Below are positions 1-12,230 of a DNA stretch of 56,067 nt, piece after piece. The first letter of the stretch is position 1. Each line of letters begins with the position of its first letter. The DNA comes from Campylobacterota bacterium. Its GTDB lineage: Bacteria > Campylobacterota > Campylobacteria > Campylobacterales > Sulfurimonadaceae. Where the stretch lies: positions 1-56,067 of the forward strand of contig JAYEGN010000025.1 in NCBI GenBank assembly GCA_034659115.1, given 5' to 3'. Position numbers and translations under genes: made by a program. The notes below the pieces were generated by a model that had not been told where the DNA came from, ran no database searches, and saw only the letters and a program-made list of their open reading frames with translations.

Positions 1-3
1 TAA

Positions 4-22
4 TATGATATTAGTTATCATT
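4..22. promoter_or_regulatory. Putative Fur box upstream of feoAB
   Basis: TGATATT-A-GTTATCA (6-20) matches the 7-1-7 Fur consensus TGATAAT-N-ATTATCA, directly upstream of ferrous iron uptake genes. Confidence 0.7.
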
Positions 23-46
23 ACGAAAATATAAAAAAGATAAAAT

Positions 47-274
47 ATGAAAACATTAAATGATTGTAAAAAAGCGTGTAAAGTAAGAGTTGTAAAACTA
101 CATGCTCCAAAAGAGTTAAAACAAAGACTTATCTCTTTTGGGATTATGAAAGAGGCTGATATAGAGGTACTAGAACATGCACCTGTAAAAAGTACTATAG
201 AGATAAAAGTAGGCAAGATGAACATAGCTCTTAGAGCTGAAGAAGCCCAACTTATAGAGGTTGAAAAAATATGA
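47..274 (+). CDS. feoA: Ferrous iron transport protein A
   Basis: 75 aa; RLISFGI...IALRAEEA FeoA motif; overlaps the feoB start. Confidence 0.93.
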   Translation: MKTLNDCKKACKVRVVKLHAPKELKQRLISFGIMKEADIEVLEHAPVKSTIEIKVGKMNIALRAEEAQLIEVEKI

Positions 275-2409
275 GTGAAGAAGAGTTAAAAGCCTGTCCT
301 GTTATAGCAAACCATATTAAGATAGCACTGGTTGGACAACCAAATGTTGGTAAGAGTATGCTTATCAACTCTGTATCAAATGCACATCTACATGTAGGGA
401 ATTTTTCAGGCGTTACAGTAGATAAAACAGAGGTCTTATTTGATTATAAAAACTATCATTTTACTGTTGTTGATCTTCCTGGAACCTATGCTTTTACTGA
501 TTATACTATAGAAGAGAGAGTGACACATGAGTATCTTAATGCTGAGGGTTATGACCTTATTATTAATGTTGTAGATTCTACAAACTTAGCTAAAAACCTT
601 CAACTTACTTCTGAACTTATGAGTATGAATAAAAATATAGTTATAGCACTCAACATGAGCGATGAAGCTCAAAAAGAGGCTATAAATATAGATGCTACTT
701 ACATGTCAGAACTTCTTGGTATTCCATGTATCAAAGTTTCTGCTGTTACAAAAGAGGGTATTGAGGAACTTTTAGATGCGGTTGTTGATGTAAGAGAACA
801 GGGCAGACAAGAATCAAAACTAATTTTTAGTGAGCCAGTTGAAGAGGAGATTTCTGTAATCGTTGACTATTTAACAAAGCATAAATACAAAGCTAGCAAC
901 TCTTATAGAAATGTAGCTATAAACCTTTTAAAAAACAACAAAAAAACTTATGCAAAACTGCACGATGATCCTATTTGGACAGAGCTTCAACCTATACTTA
1001 TAGAAGCATCTAAGCATATTGAACTTCACCATGATAGTGATGATATAAAGGAGGCTTTTGCAGAGGAGTATTCTTCGTTTAATAGAGGTATAGTAGCTGA
1101 GGTTGTAAAACAAGAAAAGTTTGAAGAGAAAAAAACATTAACAGAAAAAATTGATAATATTTTAATCCATCCACTCTTTGGTATTCCAATATTTCTATTT
1201 TTCATGTGGGGACTTTTTCAGCTTACTTTTGAGATAGGTTCTGTTCCTATGGATTGGATAGATGCATTCTTTGGTTGGTTTGGCGATGTTATAGGTGCTA
1301 CTATATCAAATGAAGATGTTCGCTCACTTGTAGTTGATGGTATCATCGCTGGTGTTGGTGCGGTTGTTCTTTTTGTGCCAAATATTATTATACTTTTTAT
1401 AGGAATTGCTCTTTTAGAGAGTACAGGCTATATGTCACGAGTTGCTTTTTTACTTGATGGTTTTTTCCATAAGTTTGGGCTTCATGGTCAGTCTTTTATA
1501 CCACTAGTTACTGGTTTTGGGTGTTCTATCCCTGCTTACATGTCAGCGAGGATTTTAAAGAATGATAGAGATAGACTTCTAACACTTTTTATCATTGGTT
1601 TTATGAGTTGTGGAGCTAGACTTCCTGTTTATGTTCTTTTTGTTGGTGCATTTTTTCCTGAGAGTATGGCGGGCAATATGCTTTTTGCTATCTATATTGG
1701 TGGAGCGATGCTAGGTTTAGTAGCTGCAAAAATCCTAAAACTTACAGCATTTAAAGGTGCTGATGAACCGTTTGTGATGGAGATGCCAAAGTATAGACTT
1801 CCATCTGTAAAACTTATATGGCATACAGTTTTAACAAAGACTATGATGTATCTTAAAAAAGCTGGTACATTTATCGCCGCTGCATCTATGCTTATCTGGT
1901 TTTTAAGTAACTATCCTAAAAATTTAGTTTTAGTGGAAGATTATAGCTCTAAAATAGAGATGGCAGTAGATGAAAATGAAAAGATTGGATTTGAAAATAA
2001 ACTTGCAGAAGCACAACTAGAACAGAGCTACTTGGGAACTATAGGTAAGTTTTCAGAGCCTATTTTCGCACCACTTGGTTTTGACTGGAAGATGAGTGTA
2101 GCTCTTCAAACTGGACTAGCAGCTAAAGAGGTGGTTGTTTCAACTCTTGGTGTTCTTTATGCAGTTGGGGGAGATGTTGATGAAGAGAGCAACTCTTTGA
2201 TAGATGCCATAAGTAAAAATATACCATTTGCTTCTGCCATAGCATTTATAGTAGTTATTATGATATATCTGCCATGTTTAGCTGCTTCAATTGTGTTCAC
2301 TCGTGAAGCAGGGGGTATAAAATACTTCTTTTATCTCCTAGCATTTACCTCAATAGCAGCTTACGGGCTTGCTTTTATAGCTTACCACATAGCTTTATTA
2401 GTTTCTTAG
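271..2409 (+). CDS. feoB: Ferrous iron transporter B
   Basis: GQPNVGKS, NFSGVTVD, DLPG and NMSD GTPase motifs followed by a multi-TM domain (GFGCSIP, FMSCGARLP). Confidence 0.97.
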   Translation: MSEEELKACPVIANHIKIALVGQPNVGKSMLINSVSNAHLHVGNFSGVTVDKTEVLFDYKNYHFTVVDLPGTYAFTDYTIEERVTHEYLNAEGYDLIINVVDSTNLAKNLQLTSELMSMNKNIVIALNMSDEAQKEAINIDATYMSELLGIPCIKVSAVTKEGIEELLDAVVDVREQGRQESKLIFSEPVEEEISVIVDYLTKHKYKASNSYRNVAINLLKNNKKTYAKLHDDPIWTELQPILIEASKHIELHHDSDDIKEAFAEEYSSFNRGIVAEVVKQEKFEEKKTLTEKIDNILIHPLFGIPIFLFFMWGLFQLTFEIGSVPMDWIDAFFGWFGDVIGATISNEDVRSLVVDGIIAGVGAVVLFVPNIIILFIGIALLESTGYMSRVAFLLDGFFHKFGLHGQSFIPLVTGFGCSIPAYMSARILKNDRDRLLTLFIIGFMSCGARLPVYVLFVGAFFPESMAGNMLFAIYIGGAMLGLVAAKILKLTAFKGADEPFVMEMPKYRLPSVKLIWHTVLTKTMMYLKKAGTFIAAASMLIWFLSNYPKNLVLVEDYSSKIEMAVDENEKIGFENKLAEAQLEQSYLGTIGKFSEPIFAPLGFDWKMSVALQTGLAAKEVVVSTLGVLYAVGGDVDEESNSLIDAISKNIPFASAIAFIVVIMIYLPCLAASIVFTREAGGIKYFFYLLAFTSIAAYGLAFIAYHIALLVS

Positions 2410-2443
2410 CTAGTTATTAGTTTATATCTGTTAAGATTAAGTT

Positions 2444-3106
2444 ATGAAAAAAATATTGATGATAGAAGATGATTTAGAATTAGCTGAGATTCTTACGGAG
2501 TATCTTGAGCAGTTTGAGTTTGAGGTTATTACAGAAGATGACCCTTTTAAAGCGGTTAGTATTTTGAAGCTAGAGCCTTTTGATTTAGTGATATTGGATT
2601 TGACTCTTCCTGGCATGGATGGACTAGAGGTTTGTGAAGCGATTCGTGAGCGTCAAGATATTCCAATAATAATATCTTCAGCTAGAAGTGATGTTACAGA
2701 TAAGGTGAAGGCTTTTGATCTCGGTGCTGATGATTATATGCCAAAACCTTATGACCCTAGAGAGTTAGAGGCTAGAATCCATTCAGTTTTAAGAAGATAT
2801 GAAGCAAAAAGTGAAGCAAAAGAGGAGTCTAAGAGTGATTTTAGATGTGATAACTCCTCTATGCTTATCACATATAAAAATAGAAATATAGATTTGACAA
2901 ATGCAGAATTTGGGATACTTGCGTATATGATTGCAAAGCAAGGACTTGTAGTTTCTAGAGAAGACTTGATTCATAATGTAAATGCTATAAATGAAGATTC
3001 TTCAAACAAAAGTATAGATGTTATGGTCGGAAGAATTAGAAATAAACTCGGTGATAAAACGCTTATAGAATCTGTTCGTGGTGTCGGATACAAACTACTT
3101 AAATAA
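2444..3106 (+). CDS. OmpR-family response regulator
   Basis: REC domain (IEDD, LDLTLP, GADDYMPKP) plus winged helix (IESVRGVGY). Confidence 0.95.
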   Translation: MKKILMIEDDLELAEILTEYLEQFEFEVITEDDPFKAVSILKLEPFDLVILDLTLPGMDGLEVCEAIRERQDIPIIISSARSDVTDKVKAFDLGADDYMPKPYDPRELEARIHSVLRRYEAKSEAKEESKSDFRCDNSSMLITYKNRNIDLTNAEFGILAYMIAKQGLVVSREDLIHNVNAINEDSSNKSIDVMVGRIRNKLGDKTLIESVRGVGYKLLK

Positions 3107-3108
3107 TA

Positions 3109-4383
3109 ATGCGACAACATGCTGTACTTATAACTGTACTTTTTGCTCTTAGCGTTACTCTTTTAAGTGTAAGTGCAGTATTTTGGGAATTTTATAAGTT
3201 AAATAAATATCAATATATAGAACATATATTTGCAAAACATGAAACAATCACTCAGATATATCGTGAACACCTACAGAAAAAAACTTCACAAATTATGCTT
3301 GAAGCAAACTTGGCTGTATATAAGTTTCTTATAGAAAAAGACCCCGTAAAAAAGAAAAGCATATTAAAAAAATCAAAATTATTAAAACAGAAAAATTTTA
3401 AAAGACTTGATGAGGCTATTATGCTTAATAAAAAAGGTTTTTACACTCAAAAAGTTGTCCGTGATTCAAGAATCTCTATGATTGAGTTAAGAAAAGAGAT
3501 ATACTTTTTTATACAAACACCGATAGGTTCTATATTGATCCATGATGAGGAATTAAAGCCTTATACATACTATGCAATTGCTTACTCATACTTAACTATT
3601 GTATTGATAATATCTATATCATTTGCACTTATTTTACAAAGACTCAAACCGCTTATTCGATTAAGAAAAAAGATAGCATTGTTTGGAAATGGGGATTTGG
3701 ATATATCATTTAAAACTTCTGGAAGAGATGAGATAGCCTTGGTTTCTAATGAACTTGAATTTACAAAAGAAAAAATTAGTTCGCTCTTAGAATCAAGAAC
3801 ACTGTTTTTAAGAAATATCATGCATGAATTGAAAACACCAATAGCAAAGGGAACTATAGCGACCCAGATGTTAGATTCGCAAAAACAGCGAGATAGGTTT
3901 AGTTCTATATTTGGACGATTAGAATCACTTGTGAATGAATTTGCTCTAATAGAAGAGGTTACTAGTGTAAATGATAAAAGTGGATTCAATGAGTATAGAT
4001 TGATAGATGTTATCGATGGAGCCATAGATATGGCGATGGTAGAAAAAACTGCAGTGAGTGTAAATATAGATGCTTCTGCAAAGATAATAGCAAATTATAG
4101 ACTTTATACAACCGCTATAAAAAATATGATAGATAACGGTATTAAATATTCTCCAGACTCACATGTCAATATCTTAATGATTGATGATGAGCTTACATTT
4201 GAAAGTAAAGGTGAATGTATTTCACATCCTCTTCATTATTATATAGAACCTTTTACAAAAGAGAATCCATCTAAAAATAGCTTTGGTTTAGGTCTTTATC
4301 TTGTTGATTCTATACTTAAAGCACATGATGAAGTTTTAGCACATGAATATCACGATGGACTCAATCGTTTTATCTTTGCATAA
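3109..4383 (+). CDS. Sensor histidine kinase, ArsS-like
   Basis: Two TM segments, HAMP, H-box MHELKTP, N-box NMIDNGIKY, G-box FGLGLY. Confidence 0.93.
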   Translation: MRQHAVLITVLFALSVTLLSVSAVFWEFYKLNKYQYIEHIFAKHETITQIYREHLQKKTSQIMLEANLAVYKFLIEKDPVKKKSILKKSKLLKQKNFKRLDEAIMLNKKGFYTQKVVRDSRISMIELRKEIYFFIQTPIGSILIHDEELKPYTYYAIAYSYLTIVLIISISFALILQRLKPLIRLRKKIALFGNGDLDISFKTSGRDEIALVSNELEFTKEKISSLLESRTLFLRNIMHELKTPIAKGTIATQMLDSQKQRDRFSSIFGRLESLVNEFALIEEVTSVNDKSGFNEYRLIDVIDGAIDMAMVEKTAVSVNIDASAKIIANYRLYTTAIKNMIDNGIKYSPDSHVNILMIDDELTFESKGECISHPLHYYIEPFTKENPSKNSFGLGLYLVDSILKAHDEVLAHEYHDGLNRFIFA

Positions 4384-4406
4384 GGTTTTAGTTGTAAACT
4401 AATGCA

Positions 4407-5834
4407 ATGGATAGTTTAGATAAATATATTAAGATAGTTTTAGCTGTATTCTTAGCAATCTCTTTCTTTAGTTTTGGATGGCTTAGTCATTCTGCTTATG
4501 AACCTGGAAAAAGAATAGCAAAACCATCAGTTTTAGATGAAATTAAGAAGACAAAAATTTTGAATGTTGTGTTGTTAAATGCACCATCGACCTATTACAT
4601 AGGTACGAATGGTGCACAGGGTTTTGAGTATGATTTGCTTCGTGCTTATGCGAGTCATCTTGGCGTAAGTCTAAATATAATTAAAGCAAACACTATTGCA
4701 GAAGCCATTAAGTTTAGTAAATTGCCTCATATACACATCACTTCAGCATCACTAACTAAGACCAAAAAGCGTGAAAAGATATTTAACTTTGGACCCTCTT
4801 ATTTTGAGGTTCAAGAGCAGGTTGTTTGTAATCGCAGTATGTTAAATAGTGGTGATTTTCCAAGAGATATAGAAAACCTTTCTGGGCTTAAGATAACTGT
4901 TGGTAAAGGTACTAGTTATAGTGAAACCATAAAGGCACTGCAAGAGGATGGGTATGATATAAATGCAACGCTTGACTCAGAACTATCAACAGAGGAACTT
5001 TTAGAACAGGTTGCTAACCATCAGATAGATTGTACTATAGCCGATTCAAATATATACGCGTTAAATCAGAGATATTTACCTAGAATAGCACTAGCATTTG
5101 TTATAAGTGGAAGGGAACAGCAGGCGTGGGTATTAGCCAAAAATTCAAAAAAATTAGAAGCTGACATGTACTCATGGTTTAATAGTTTTAATCAAAGTGG
5201 AAAGCTAGCGCAACTCAAAGATCATTATTATAGTTATGTTCTTTTTTATGATTACTATGACAATAAGATGTTTTACAAAAGAGTAAAGTCCAGATTGCCA
5301 AAATATGAAGAATATTTTAAAAAATATGCTGAATTTTATGATATTCCTTGGAGTCTTTTAGCTGCACAGTCATACCAAGAGTCTCATTGGAATCCAAAAG
5401 CAAAAAGTTTTACCGGTGTCAGAGGACTGATGATGCTTACTCGCAATACATCAAAAATGTTAGGTATAAAAAATCGTTTAGATCCAGAGCAAAGTATACG
5501 AGGTGGAAGTAAGCATCTTAATCAGATGTTAAAACAGGTTCCAGAGGATGTAGTTGGGGAGAATCGTTTGAAGTTTGCACTTGCATCTTATAACATAGGT
5601 TTTGGACATGTGCTAGATGCAAGAAGGTTAGCAAGGAAGATTGGATTAAATCCAAGTGTTTGGAATGATCTCAAGCGAGTTTTACCATTACTTTCTCAAA
5701 AAAAGTATTATAAAACGCTAAAACATGGTTATGCAAGGGGTAGTGAACCGGTAAGATATGTAGATTCCATATATGATTTTCAAGATATCCTACAAAATAT
5801 ACAAGAGGATTCAGAAATATTAAATAATGATTAG
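4407..5834 (+). CDS. mltF: Membrane-bound lytic murein transglycosylase F
   Basis: SBP-like N-terminus (GFEYDL) plus SLT domain ([27 protein letters not shown]). Confidence 0.9.
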   Translation: MDSLDKYIKIVLAVFLAISFFSFGWLSHSAYEPGKRIAKPSVLDEIKKTKILNVVLLNAPSTYYIGTNGAQGFEYDLLRAYASHLGVSLNIIKANTIAEAIKFSKLPHIHITSASLTKTKKREKIFNFGPSYFEVQEQVVCNRSMLNSGDFPRDIENLSGLKITVGKGTSYSETIKALQEDGYDINATLDSELSTEELLEQVANHQIDCTIADSNIYALNQRYLPRIALAFVISGREQQAWVLAKNSKKLEADMYSWFNSFNQSGKLAQLKDHYYSYVLFYDYYDNKMFYKRVKSRLPKYEEYFKKYAEFYDIPWSLLAAQSYQESHWNPKAKSFTGVRGLMMLTRNTSKMLGIKNRLDPEQSIRGGSKHLNQMLKQVPEDVVGENRLKFALASYNIGFGHVLDARRLARKIGLNPSVWNDLKRVLPLLSQKKYYKTLKHGYARGSEPVRYVDSIYDFQDILQNIQEDSEILNND

Positions 5835-5873
5835 ATTATAATTGATAATTATATTTTAAGCAAGGAGTTTTTT

Positions 5874-7364
5874 ATGAAATTAGATAAAATTAGTTTAGCA
5901 GTAGTAGCAGCTCTTACATTAAGTTCATCTGTGCATGCGACACTAATAAATGATAAAATAACCTTAAAAGGCAATATGGTAGTGAAGTATAATAAATTGC
6001 CGCCTATTGCAAATAACTTTTTAGAAGCTTTCTCTGAGGGAGAATTTTATGGAAGGCTGAGACTTAATAGTTTTAAGTGGGATTGGCAGAATCTACCTCC
6101 AAATATAACTTCAAAGATGGACAATAAAGCTATGGGTATTGGTGGTAGCTTTATCTATAAAACAGCTCCCCTACATGGCATAAGCGCAACGGCAGGATTA
6201 TACACCTCTCAAAATCCATCTGCATGGAGAATGAATACAAACCGCGTAAATACTCTAAAATCAGGTAAAGATACTTTTTCGAGATATGATACAAGCGCAA
6301 CCGGAAAATATGGCATGAGTGTTTTAGCCCAAGCATACCTGCAATATGATTTAGGTAAAACTTCATTTGTAGCTGGTCGTCAATTGTTTGAGACAGTTTT
6401 TACAAAGTCTAATGATACTAAGATGGTTCCAAATGCATTTGATGGTATTACAGCTACCATAAGTGATATCCCAAAAACAAAGATACAGCTAGCATACTTA
6501 GCTAAGCAAAAACTTCGTGATCATACAACTAGTCATGATGTTATAGCGTATAGAAAAGATAATCCAGATACGGATAAGCGTGAAAATTGGTCTGAAAATG
6601 ATGATTCAGCTGTAAATAGAAACTTAACTGTTGCTAGAATTGGTGATGACAATGAGTTAATAATAGGTACAATCACTAATAAATCTATAAAAAACTTAAA
6701 GGTAAACCTTAGCTATGCGATGGTTCCAAAGGTACTAAGTAATCTAGCCGTAGAGGTTCATTATGCTATACCGATAGCGAGTGATTGGAGTATTGTTCCT
6801 GGTGTTAGGTACATGCAGCAGTTTGATGATCTCAATGCTGATTATAATGTAGCAAATCTTGTAACCAAGCATGATGGCTATAAGGAAAGTGCAAAGCAAA
6901 GTTTGGATACAAATCTTTTAGCTGCAAGATTAGATATTAAAAATAAAGCTTTTTTAGCTCGTTTTGGTTATTCTAAAATTGCTGATGAAGCAGACTTTGT
7001 AACACCTTGGAGAGGATTTCCTACTGGTGGATTTACTCGTGCAATGGCTCAGTATAACTGGAATGCAAATACAAAAACATATATGGCACGAGCTGGATAT
7101 GATTTTGGCAAAGCAAAAATATTAGATGGGTTTAGTATTATGGGTCGTTACGCTATTCAGGACACAGATGATAAAAAAGCTGGAGTAGCAGGTGATTGTA
7201 ATGTTATTCATATAGATGCTAGGCAAAACATTACAAAGAATCTTGAGTTAAAAGTTAGATTTGGTTTTGTAGATTATGCTGATGATATAGTAGATATAAA
7301 TGGAAACACAAAAGCAGATTTATCGTACAATGAGTATCGTGTAGAGTTGAATTACTTTTTTTAA
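5874..7364 (+). CDS. OprD-family outer membrane porin
   Basis: Signal peptide; LAQAYLQY...AGRQLFET motif; C-terminal EYRVELNYFF beta-signal. Confidence 0.8.
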   Translation: MKLDKISLAVVAALTLSSSVHATLINDKITLKGNMVVKYNKLPPIANNFLEAFSEGEFYGRLRLNSFKWDWQNLPPNITSKMDNKAMGIGGSFIYKTAPLHGISATAGLYTSQNPSAWRMNTNRVNTLKSGKDTFSRYDTSATGKYGMSVLAQAYLQYDLGKTSFVAGRQLFETVFTKSNDTKMVPNAFDGITATISDIPKTKIQLAYLAKQKLRDHTTSHDVIAYRKDNPDTDKRENWSENDDSAVNRNLTVARIGDDNELIIGTITNKSIKNLKVNLSYAMVPKVLSNLAVEVHYAIPIASDWSIVPGVRYMQQFDDLNADYNVANLVTKHDGYKESAKQSLDTNLLAARLDIKNKAFLARFGYSKIADEADFVTPWRGFPTGGFTRAMAQYNWNANTKTYMARAGYDFGKAKILDGFSIMGRYAIQDTDDKKAGVAGDCNVIHIDARQNITKNLELKVRFGFVDYADDIVDINGNTKADLSYNEYRVELNYFF

Positions 7365-7378
7365 AAAGAGCTAGAGGT

Positions 7379-7714
7379 TTATAAAACCTCACCCTCTTTA
7401 CCATCTCTAAGATCACTTAAAAAACTTTCCATATCATATTTTACTCGATATTCTGGGGTCATAATATGAATAAGAATATCGCCTAAATCGACAACAATCC
7501 AATCTCCACTTTCATCAACATTATTGAATCTCTCTTCAGGTTTAATATCATTTTTTAGATGATCTAGTAGAGCTGCAGTATGTTTTACACCTAAAGATGA
7601 CGCTATAATCGCATAATCAACAAAGTAATTTTTATCTCTTAAATCAAATACCTCTATGCTTTCAGCTTTATTTTTATCTAAAGAACTTGTTATGTTGTCT
7701 ATTCTATCTTTCAT
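7379..7714 (-). CDS. rsfS: Ribosomal silencing factor
   Basis: KAESIEVFD; WIVVDLGDILIHIMTPEYR..YDMES; adjacent to nadD. Confidence 0.93.
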   Translation of the reverse strand: MKDRIDNITSSLDKNKAESIEVFDLRDKNYFVDYAIIASSLGVKHTAALLDHLKNDIKPEERFNNVDESGDWIVVDLGDILIHIMTPEYRVKYDMESFLSDLRDGKEGEVL

Positions 7715-8247
7715 TGTTTTCCTTCGTAATATTGTTGTATCTCACCTGCACATCTTTTTGGCAGTTTTGTTTTATCTAGTTTTTGTCTCAAGGTGGTTGA
7801 TGATATATCCATATCTATAGTTAGTTTCATAAAACTATCAGGGATATCAACACCTTCTCTTGAGGCAACTATAAAAGTTACCAACTCTTTTAATCTGTCG
7901 AACTCATGCCATTTATGAAGTGTAGATAGATTATCTGCACCTATAACTAGGTATATTTTTTGATAACTCTTCAACAGATGCTTCACACTTTCAATAGTTG
8001 CTATTTTTTTACCCATTGAAACTTCAAAATCAGAAATTTCTACATTATCAAAATCACTAAAGATTTTTCTTAGCCATTTGAGTCTATGCTCTGCTGGTGC
8101 GACAGACGATGATTTAAATGGATTTAAAAATGTTGGCATTACAATAACTTTGTCAATCTCTTTTGTCCTTAGTAGGGCATTAACAATCATTTCATGAGCG
8201 ATGTGCGGTGGATCAAAAGAGCCACCAAATAGTGCAATTGTTTTCAT
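7711..8247 (-). CDS. nadD: Nicotinate-nucleotide adenylyltransferase
   Basis: GGSFDPPHIAH, IGADNL and ISST motifs. Confidence 0.95.
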   Translation of the reverse strand: MKTIALFGGSFDPPHIAHEMIVNALLRTKEIDKVIVMPTFLNPFKSSSVAPAEHRLKWLRKIFSDFDNVEISDFEVSMGKKIATIESVKHLLKSYQKIYLVIGADNLSTLHKWHEFDRLKELVTFIVASREGVDIPDSFMKLTIDMDISSTTLRQKLDKTKLPKRCAGEIQQYYEGKQ

Positions 8248-8312
8248 ATTTAAAGCGAATTATAGCAAGATTTAGATAAAATAACTAAATTTTTAATTTA
8301 ATAGGAAATATA

Positions 8313-9314
8313 ATGGCACTAAAAATAGCAATAAATGGTTTTGGTAGAATTGGTCGTTGTGTAGCTCGCATAGCAGCTATGAGAGATGATATTGAAGTAG
8401 TAGCGATTAATGATACAGCTAGCATAGATATGATGCTTTATCTACTGAAAAATGATTCAGTACATGGAACATTTACAAGTGAATTAGTTCAAGTTGATGA
8501 AAATAATATTAGTATTGATGGTAATAAAATTAGAATTTTTGGTGATCGTGATCCTAAAAACCTCGGCTTTGCTGAGTGTGGAGCAGATATGGTTTTAGAG
8601 TGCACAGGTGTGTTTTTAACTCAAGAATCGGCTCAGGTTCACATAGATAATGGTGTTGAAAAAGTATTGTTTTCAGCTCCTGCAAAAGATAAAGAAACTG
8701 CTACTTTTGTTATGGGTGTAAATGAAGAACTTTATGATGGTCAAAAGATTGTATCTAACGCTTCTTGTACAACAAACTGCTTAGGTCCTGTTGCTAAAGT
8801 TTTAGATGATGCGTTTGGTATTGAAAAAGGTCTTATGACAACAATTCACTCATACACAAATGATCAAAAAATCTTAGATGTTAAGCATTCAAAAGATAAG
8901 CGTCGTGCTCGTGCTGGTGCTGTAAATATGATTCCAACTACTACTGGTGCGGCTAAGGCTATAGGCTTAGTAATGCCTCAGCTTGTGGGTCGTCTTCATG
9001 GGCAAAGTGTTCGTGTTCCAACTCCTAATGTTTCTATGGTTGATCTAAATGTTGTCGTTAAGAGAGAGACTACAAAAGAAGAAGTTAATGCGGTTTTTAA
9101 CAAGATGGCAGATACTAGCTTAAAAGGTCTTTTACTAATGGATAAAGATATGCTTGTATCTCAAGATTTTGTTGGAAACCCTTATAGTTCAATAGTAGCA
9201 GAAGATTTAACTCAAGTTGTTAGTGGCGATATGGTTAAAATCATGGCATGGTACGATAATGAATGGGGTTACTCTATGAGACTTGTAGATATGGCACTAC
9301 ATATTAGTAGATAG
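8313..9314 (+). CDS. gap: Glyceraldehyde-3-phosphate dehydrogenase, type I
   Basis: [28 protein letters not shown]. Confidence 0.98.
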   Translation: MALKIAINGFGRIGRCVARIAAMRDDIEVVAINDTASIDMMLYLLKNDSVHGTFTSELVQVDENNISIDGNKIRIFGDRDPKNLGFAECGADMVLECTGVFLTQESAQVHIDNGVEKVLFSAPAKDKETATFVMGVNEELYDGQKIVSNASCTTNCLGPVAKVLDDAFGIEKGLMTTIHSYTNDQKILDVKHSKDKRRARAGAVNMIPTTTGAAKAIGLVMPQLVGRLHGQSVRVPTPNVSMVDLNVVVKRETTKEEVNAVFNKMADTSLKGLLLMDKDMLVSQDFVGNPYSSIVAEDLTQVVSGDMVKIMAWYDNEWGYSMRLVDMALHISR

Positions 9315-9322
9315 GAAAATCG

Positions 9323-10522
9323 ATGCAACTCTTGAATATAAAAAATTTAGACCTCTTAAATAAAAAAGTTTTTATTAGATGTGATTTTAATGTCCCTATG
9401 GATGAGTTTGGAAATATCTCTGATGATAGAAGAATTCGTTCAGCGATAGCTACAATTAATTTTTGTCTAGATCAAGATTGTGCTGTTATTTTAGCATCTC
9501 ATCTTGGTCGTCCCAAGGGAGAAGTGAATAAAAAGTATTCATTAGTACCAGTGGCTAGAAGACTTCATCAGCTTTTAAAGAGAGAGGTTATTTTGGCTGA
9601 TGATGTGGTCGGAAATGATGCGATTAAAAAAGCAAAAGAGCTTCAATCAGCTGAAGTGTTGTTATTGGAAAATCTTCGATATGAAGCTGGAGAGACAACT
9701 AATGACAGTGAGTTATCTAGAAAGTTAGCAGATATGGCGGATATCTATATCAATGATGCCTTTGGTGTATGTCATCGTGCACATGCATCCGTTGCAGGTA
9801 TTACTGAGTATTTCGATAATCAACATCAAGCAGCTGGCTTTTTACTTGAAAAAGAGATTAAGTTTTTTGGTAAATTGACCACAGAACCTGTTCGTCCATT
9901 TGCAGCTATTGTTGGAGGCTCAAAGGTTTCTGGTAAACTTGAAGCACTCATAAATCTACTGCCAAAGGTGGATAAAATATTTATTGGTGGAGGTATGGCG
10001 TTTACATTTTTAAAGCAGATGGGTTACAGCATCGGTGCATCTCTTGTTGAAGATGATCTATTAGAAGATGCGCAACATGTAATGGATGAAGCTAGAAAGT
10101 TAGGTGTTAAGTTTTATCTGCCAGTAGATGTTATAGCTGCTGAAAAATTTGCTCCAGATGCGGTAAGTAAGATTGTTACTGCACAAGAGATTCCAGATAA
10201 CTGGATGGGTCTTGATATAGGACCTGCTACTGTAAGACTCTATAGAGAAGCACTTAATGATGTACAAACTGTTCTTTGGAACGGTCCAATGGGTGTTTAT
10301 GAGATGGAAAAATTTGCTCGTGGGTCATCAAAAATCGCTCACTTTGTAGCTGATAGTTATGCAACGACAGTCGTTGGAGGTGGTGACACTGCTGACCTTG
10401 TTCAGAGAATAGGGGTAGATGAAGAGATGACTTTTATATCTACTGGTGGTGGAGCTTCTCTAGAGCTTTTAGAGGGTAAAATCCTTCCTGGTGTTTTACC
10501 GCTTATAGTAAAAGAGGATTAA
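9323..10522 (+). CDS. pgk: Phosphoglycerate kinase
   Basis: [34 protein letters not shown]. Confidence 0.98.
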   Translation: MQLLNIKNLDLLNKKVFIRCDFNVPMDEFGNISDDRRIRSAIATINFCLDQDCAVILASHLGRPKGEVNKKYSLVPVARRLHQLLKREVILADDVVGNDAIKKAKELQSAEVLLLENLRYEAGETTNDSELSRKLADMADIYINDAFGVCHRAHASVAGITEYFDNQHQAAGFLLEKEIKFFGKLTTEPVRPFAAIVGGSKVSGKLEALINLLPKVDKIFIGGGMAFTFLKQMGYSIGASLVEDDLLEDAQHVMDEARKLGVKFYLPVDVIAAEKFAPDAVSKIVTAQEIPDNWMGLDIGPATVRLYREALNDVQTVLWNGPMGVYEMEKFARGSSKIAHFVADSYATTVVGGGDTADLVQRIGVDEEMTFISTGGGASLELLEGKILPGVLPLIVKED

Positions 10523-10525
10523 CAG

Positions 10526-11233
10526 ATGATAGTTGCAGCAAATTTCAAAACAAACTTAACTCGTAAGAAAACATTAGAATATATGAACAGTTTAGAGATT
10601 TTTTTAGATGAGAACAGTATCTCTACAGAAGTTTTAGTTTTTCCTGCAACTTCTAGTCTTAATCTGCATGTTGGCAGGGCTACTCTTGGTTCACAAAACG
10701 CTTATCCAGCTTATAATGGAGCATATACAGGCGAGATAGGACAGGAACAACTAGAAGAGTTTGGTATAAAAACTATCTTAATCGGGCATAGTGAACGAAG
10801 ACATGTTCTTGGTGAAAAACAGGAAGAGATTGTTAAGAAGTTTAATTTTTATAAGGATGCAGGCTTTAAAATTGTTTATTGTGTTGGCGAACCTTTAGAT
10901 ATAAGAAAAGCTGGAGATGAGCCTATGATGCAATATATCTCATCCCAATATGAAGGTATTGATACTGAATATGAAAATTTAGTTATCGCTTATGAACCAG
11001 TTTGGGCAATTGGAACAGGCTTGGTACCAACAGATGAAGATATTAAGTCTATGCACAAGGCTTTGAAAGAAAAAAGTCAAGCACCTCTTTTGTATGGCGG
11101 TAGTGTAAAGATTAATAATGTTCAGGGTATATTGAGTTTAGAAAATGTTGATGGTGTATTGGTGGGTGGAGCTTCGCTTATAGTGAAAGATTTTTGTAAA
11201 ATGTGTGAATATGCACATGAGTTAAATAATTAA
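10526..11233 (+). CDS. tpiA: Triosephosphate isomerase
   Basis: ANFK, GHSERR, AYEPVWAIGTG, YGGSV. Confidence 0.97.
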   Translation: MIVAANFKTNLTRKKTLEYMNSLEIFLDENSISTEVLVFPATSSLNLHVGRATLGSQNAYPAYNGAYTGEIGQEQLEEFGIKTILIGHSERRHVLGEKQEEIVKKFNFYKDAGFKIVYCVGEPLDIRKAGDEPMMQYISSQYEGIDTEYENLVIAYEPVWAIGTGLVPTDEDIKSMHKALKEKSQAPLLYGGSVKINNVQGILSLENVDGVLVGGASLIVKDFCKMCEYAHELNN

Positions 11234-11241
11234 GAGGATAA

Positions 11242-12069
<828 letters not shown>

Positions 12070-12101
12070 GTTTCTAAAATACTAAGAGTTCACACTTTTT
12101 G

Positions 12102-12124
12102 TAAGTAAGAGTTTCTCTTACTTA
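12102..12124 (+). terminator. Putative terminator hairpin after fabI
   Basis: TAAGTAAGAG-ttt-CTCTTACTTA, perfect 10-bp stem. Confidence 0.55.
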
Positions 12125-12230
12125 TCGCTTCTATAATAAACAATCATAAAATGATTAAAAATTAATCAATAATAGCTACTTTTTATATCTAATCTATGTA
12201 ATAATTATCCTATCAAAAAAAGGAAGTAAA

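Noticed and set aside
5837-5853. TATAATT-GAT-AATTATA palindrome before the OprD-like porin as a Fur box
   Set aside because: Almost pure A/T, overlaps the likely -10 box, and fits the Fur 7-1-7 spacing poorly.
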